NCBI GenBank assembly: GCA_973895155.1
Contig: OZ316891.1
Span: 17,015,651 to 17,079,650, forward strand
Origin: Marsupella aquatica
Lineage: Eukaryota > Plantae > Marchantiophyta
DNA length: 64,000 bases
Direction of reading: 5' to 3'
The notes beneath the pieces were generated by a model that was not told the origin of the DNA, made no database searches, and saw only the letters and a program-made list of their open reading frames with translations. This document shows, piece by piece, positions 62,646 through 64,000 of this stretch (position 1 is its first letter; every line of letters begins with the position of its first letter). Both the position numbers and the translations under genes were made by a program.

Positions 62646-64000
62646 TGTGTCGCGTCCCTAACCTGGGCCTTAAATCCAGTTTAGTTCCATGGCGCAACCT
62701 TGACCACCAGTAGGGGTGAGGGTTCGGGCAAGGAGGTGTGTAGTGGCCCCGTTTAGCCCTAAGTCGGGCTAAGTTGATAAACTTACTGGTATAACACTTA
62801 CGCAATTTGTAGGAGTCATAGGTATATTTATTTTCCACCGCTGGAATTTTCCCTTAGTTAGTGACTCGGACTAACTCACGGCTTGGGGCTTTCAAGCCAT
62901 CGATGCGATAGAACCTTGTGACATGCAATGGGTGGCAATCCCTACCATTAGTCCGCACCCGGTATGTCCCTTGAAATGGCGCCTTTGCCCAGACAAAGCA
63001 TACACACAACACCAGTTACTCGCGGAAACATTAGAGGGAAAAGACTACATTTACTCAGCGAAGCATCAGTTTACATGGTTGACTCGACTTCTAAGGGGGT
63101 CAGCAGGCCCAACGGCAGTCGATGCCCAGTCTCTACGAGGCCCCGCCTTGCACTTGCCCAACAAGCTCGACTCTGGCTCTCACTCCTTGGTGCGCTCTGA
63201 CCCTACTCAGGCCGGGACTCCCCGTGTCTCGTCTTTTTTTCTGCCGAGATAACTAAGCCTTCTCCCTTCCATAGCAGAAGAGGAAGCCTAAATACTACGT
63301 TTGCGAAAGGGAATCGGAGGATACTACCTTCCAGGGCAATACCTACTGACTAACTACAGACTAACTGGTCATGCCGTACTGACTGGTTGACCATTGACGA
63401 CAAGAGTGCTAACCGGAATGGCAGTAGCTAAGCCTACTGACAAAATCTAGTCCGTTGATGGACTCCATCCTACGCTGGCTGCTCCTAACTGATTTGGTCC
63501 TAATTCTTCCTACTACCGCTAATCAGCGCCTAATGACAGCTATTCTGTTGTTACGCTTAACCAAAAGATGCCGTTGACTCAACTACCTCGCGCGGCGCCT
63601 GCTTCCACCCTTCGCTAACCACCCCTTACGTGTGTGTTGTGGTCGGACCAGGGTTTGTCCCCCTGTCGGGGCAAGACCTCAAGCCGCCTTGATCAGAGGT
63701 GGGCCCAGGTTTTCCCCGCTGGAGGACAAGCAGGGCAACGCGATCCTGCAAGGCCTTGTTGTCCCGCACCGCCTCCTCCGCCTCGTTTGCAGCTTCATCG
63801 GCCTCTGTCTAGAGCCGCGCTACCTCCAAGTTGAGCTGGTTCATGGAGTCACGATGGGTCTGGTCCTGTGCCAGCAATTTATCCCGTTCGGCGGAGAGAC
63901 TAGCTACCTGCTGAGCTGCCTACAGGAACTGTTTATTGAGGTCGGTCAGACTGGTAACCCGAGCCAAAGATTCTGAGCACAATTGAAGCACGATGTCGTC
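62646..64000 (-). mobile_element. 3' end of a related long LTR with an internal coiled-coil ORF remnant
   Basis: TGTGTCGCGTCCC mirrors the giant-LTR end (reverse complement TGTGGTGCGTCCC). Shared motif ATTCCAGCG..GGAA at ~62835 vs 14823. Minus-strand coiled-coil reading at 63620-64000 with stops. Confidence 0.55.

Overview
Eukaryotic, intron-containing, heavily nested transposon DNA; the gene content suggests a non-seed land plant (bryophyte-like, inferred). The only clear host gene is an 11-exon peroxisomal NAD+ carrier (PXN, 31307-34554). The rest comprises: three copies of a Mutator-like transposase gene (GCM-like Zn domain, DDE core, SWIM finger); a chromovirus with AG..CT LTR ends; two Bianca-like Copia derivatives; two L1-like LINE fragments; and a Ty3/gypsy family whose 4.7-kb LTR itself encodes a ~1,213-aa protein. 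The most striking unit is a ~10.6-kb DNA transposon (40001-50605) whose limits are fixed by the integrase gene it interrupts. It carries, head-to-head with its transposase, a 5-exon gene fusing a ParB/Srx-like domain to a beta-class amino-DNA-methyltransferase-like domain. Its non-coding DNA (introns, promoter, subterminal regions) holds ~17 copies of a 15-bp palindrome, TAGCGCC-N-GGCGCTA. A sister subfamily has a different palindrome (ATCTCGGAGAG-S-CTCTCCGAGAT) amplified in the same compartments. This suggests a candidate ParB/parS-like or methyltransferase self-recognition system on a plant transposon. All domain calls are from motif reading, not database searches.
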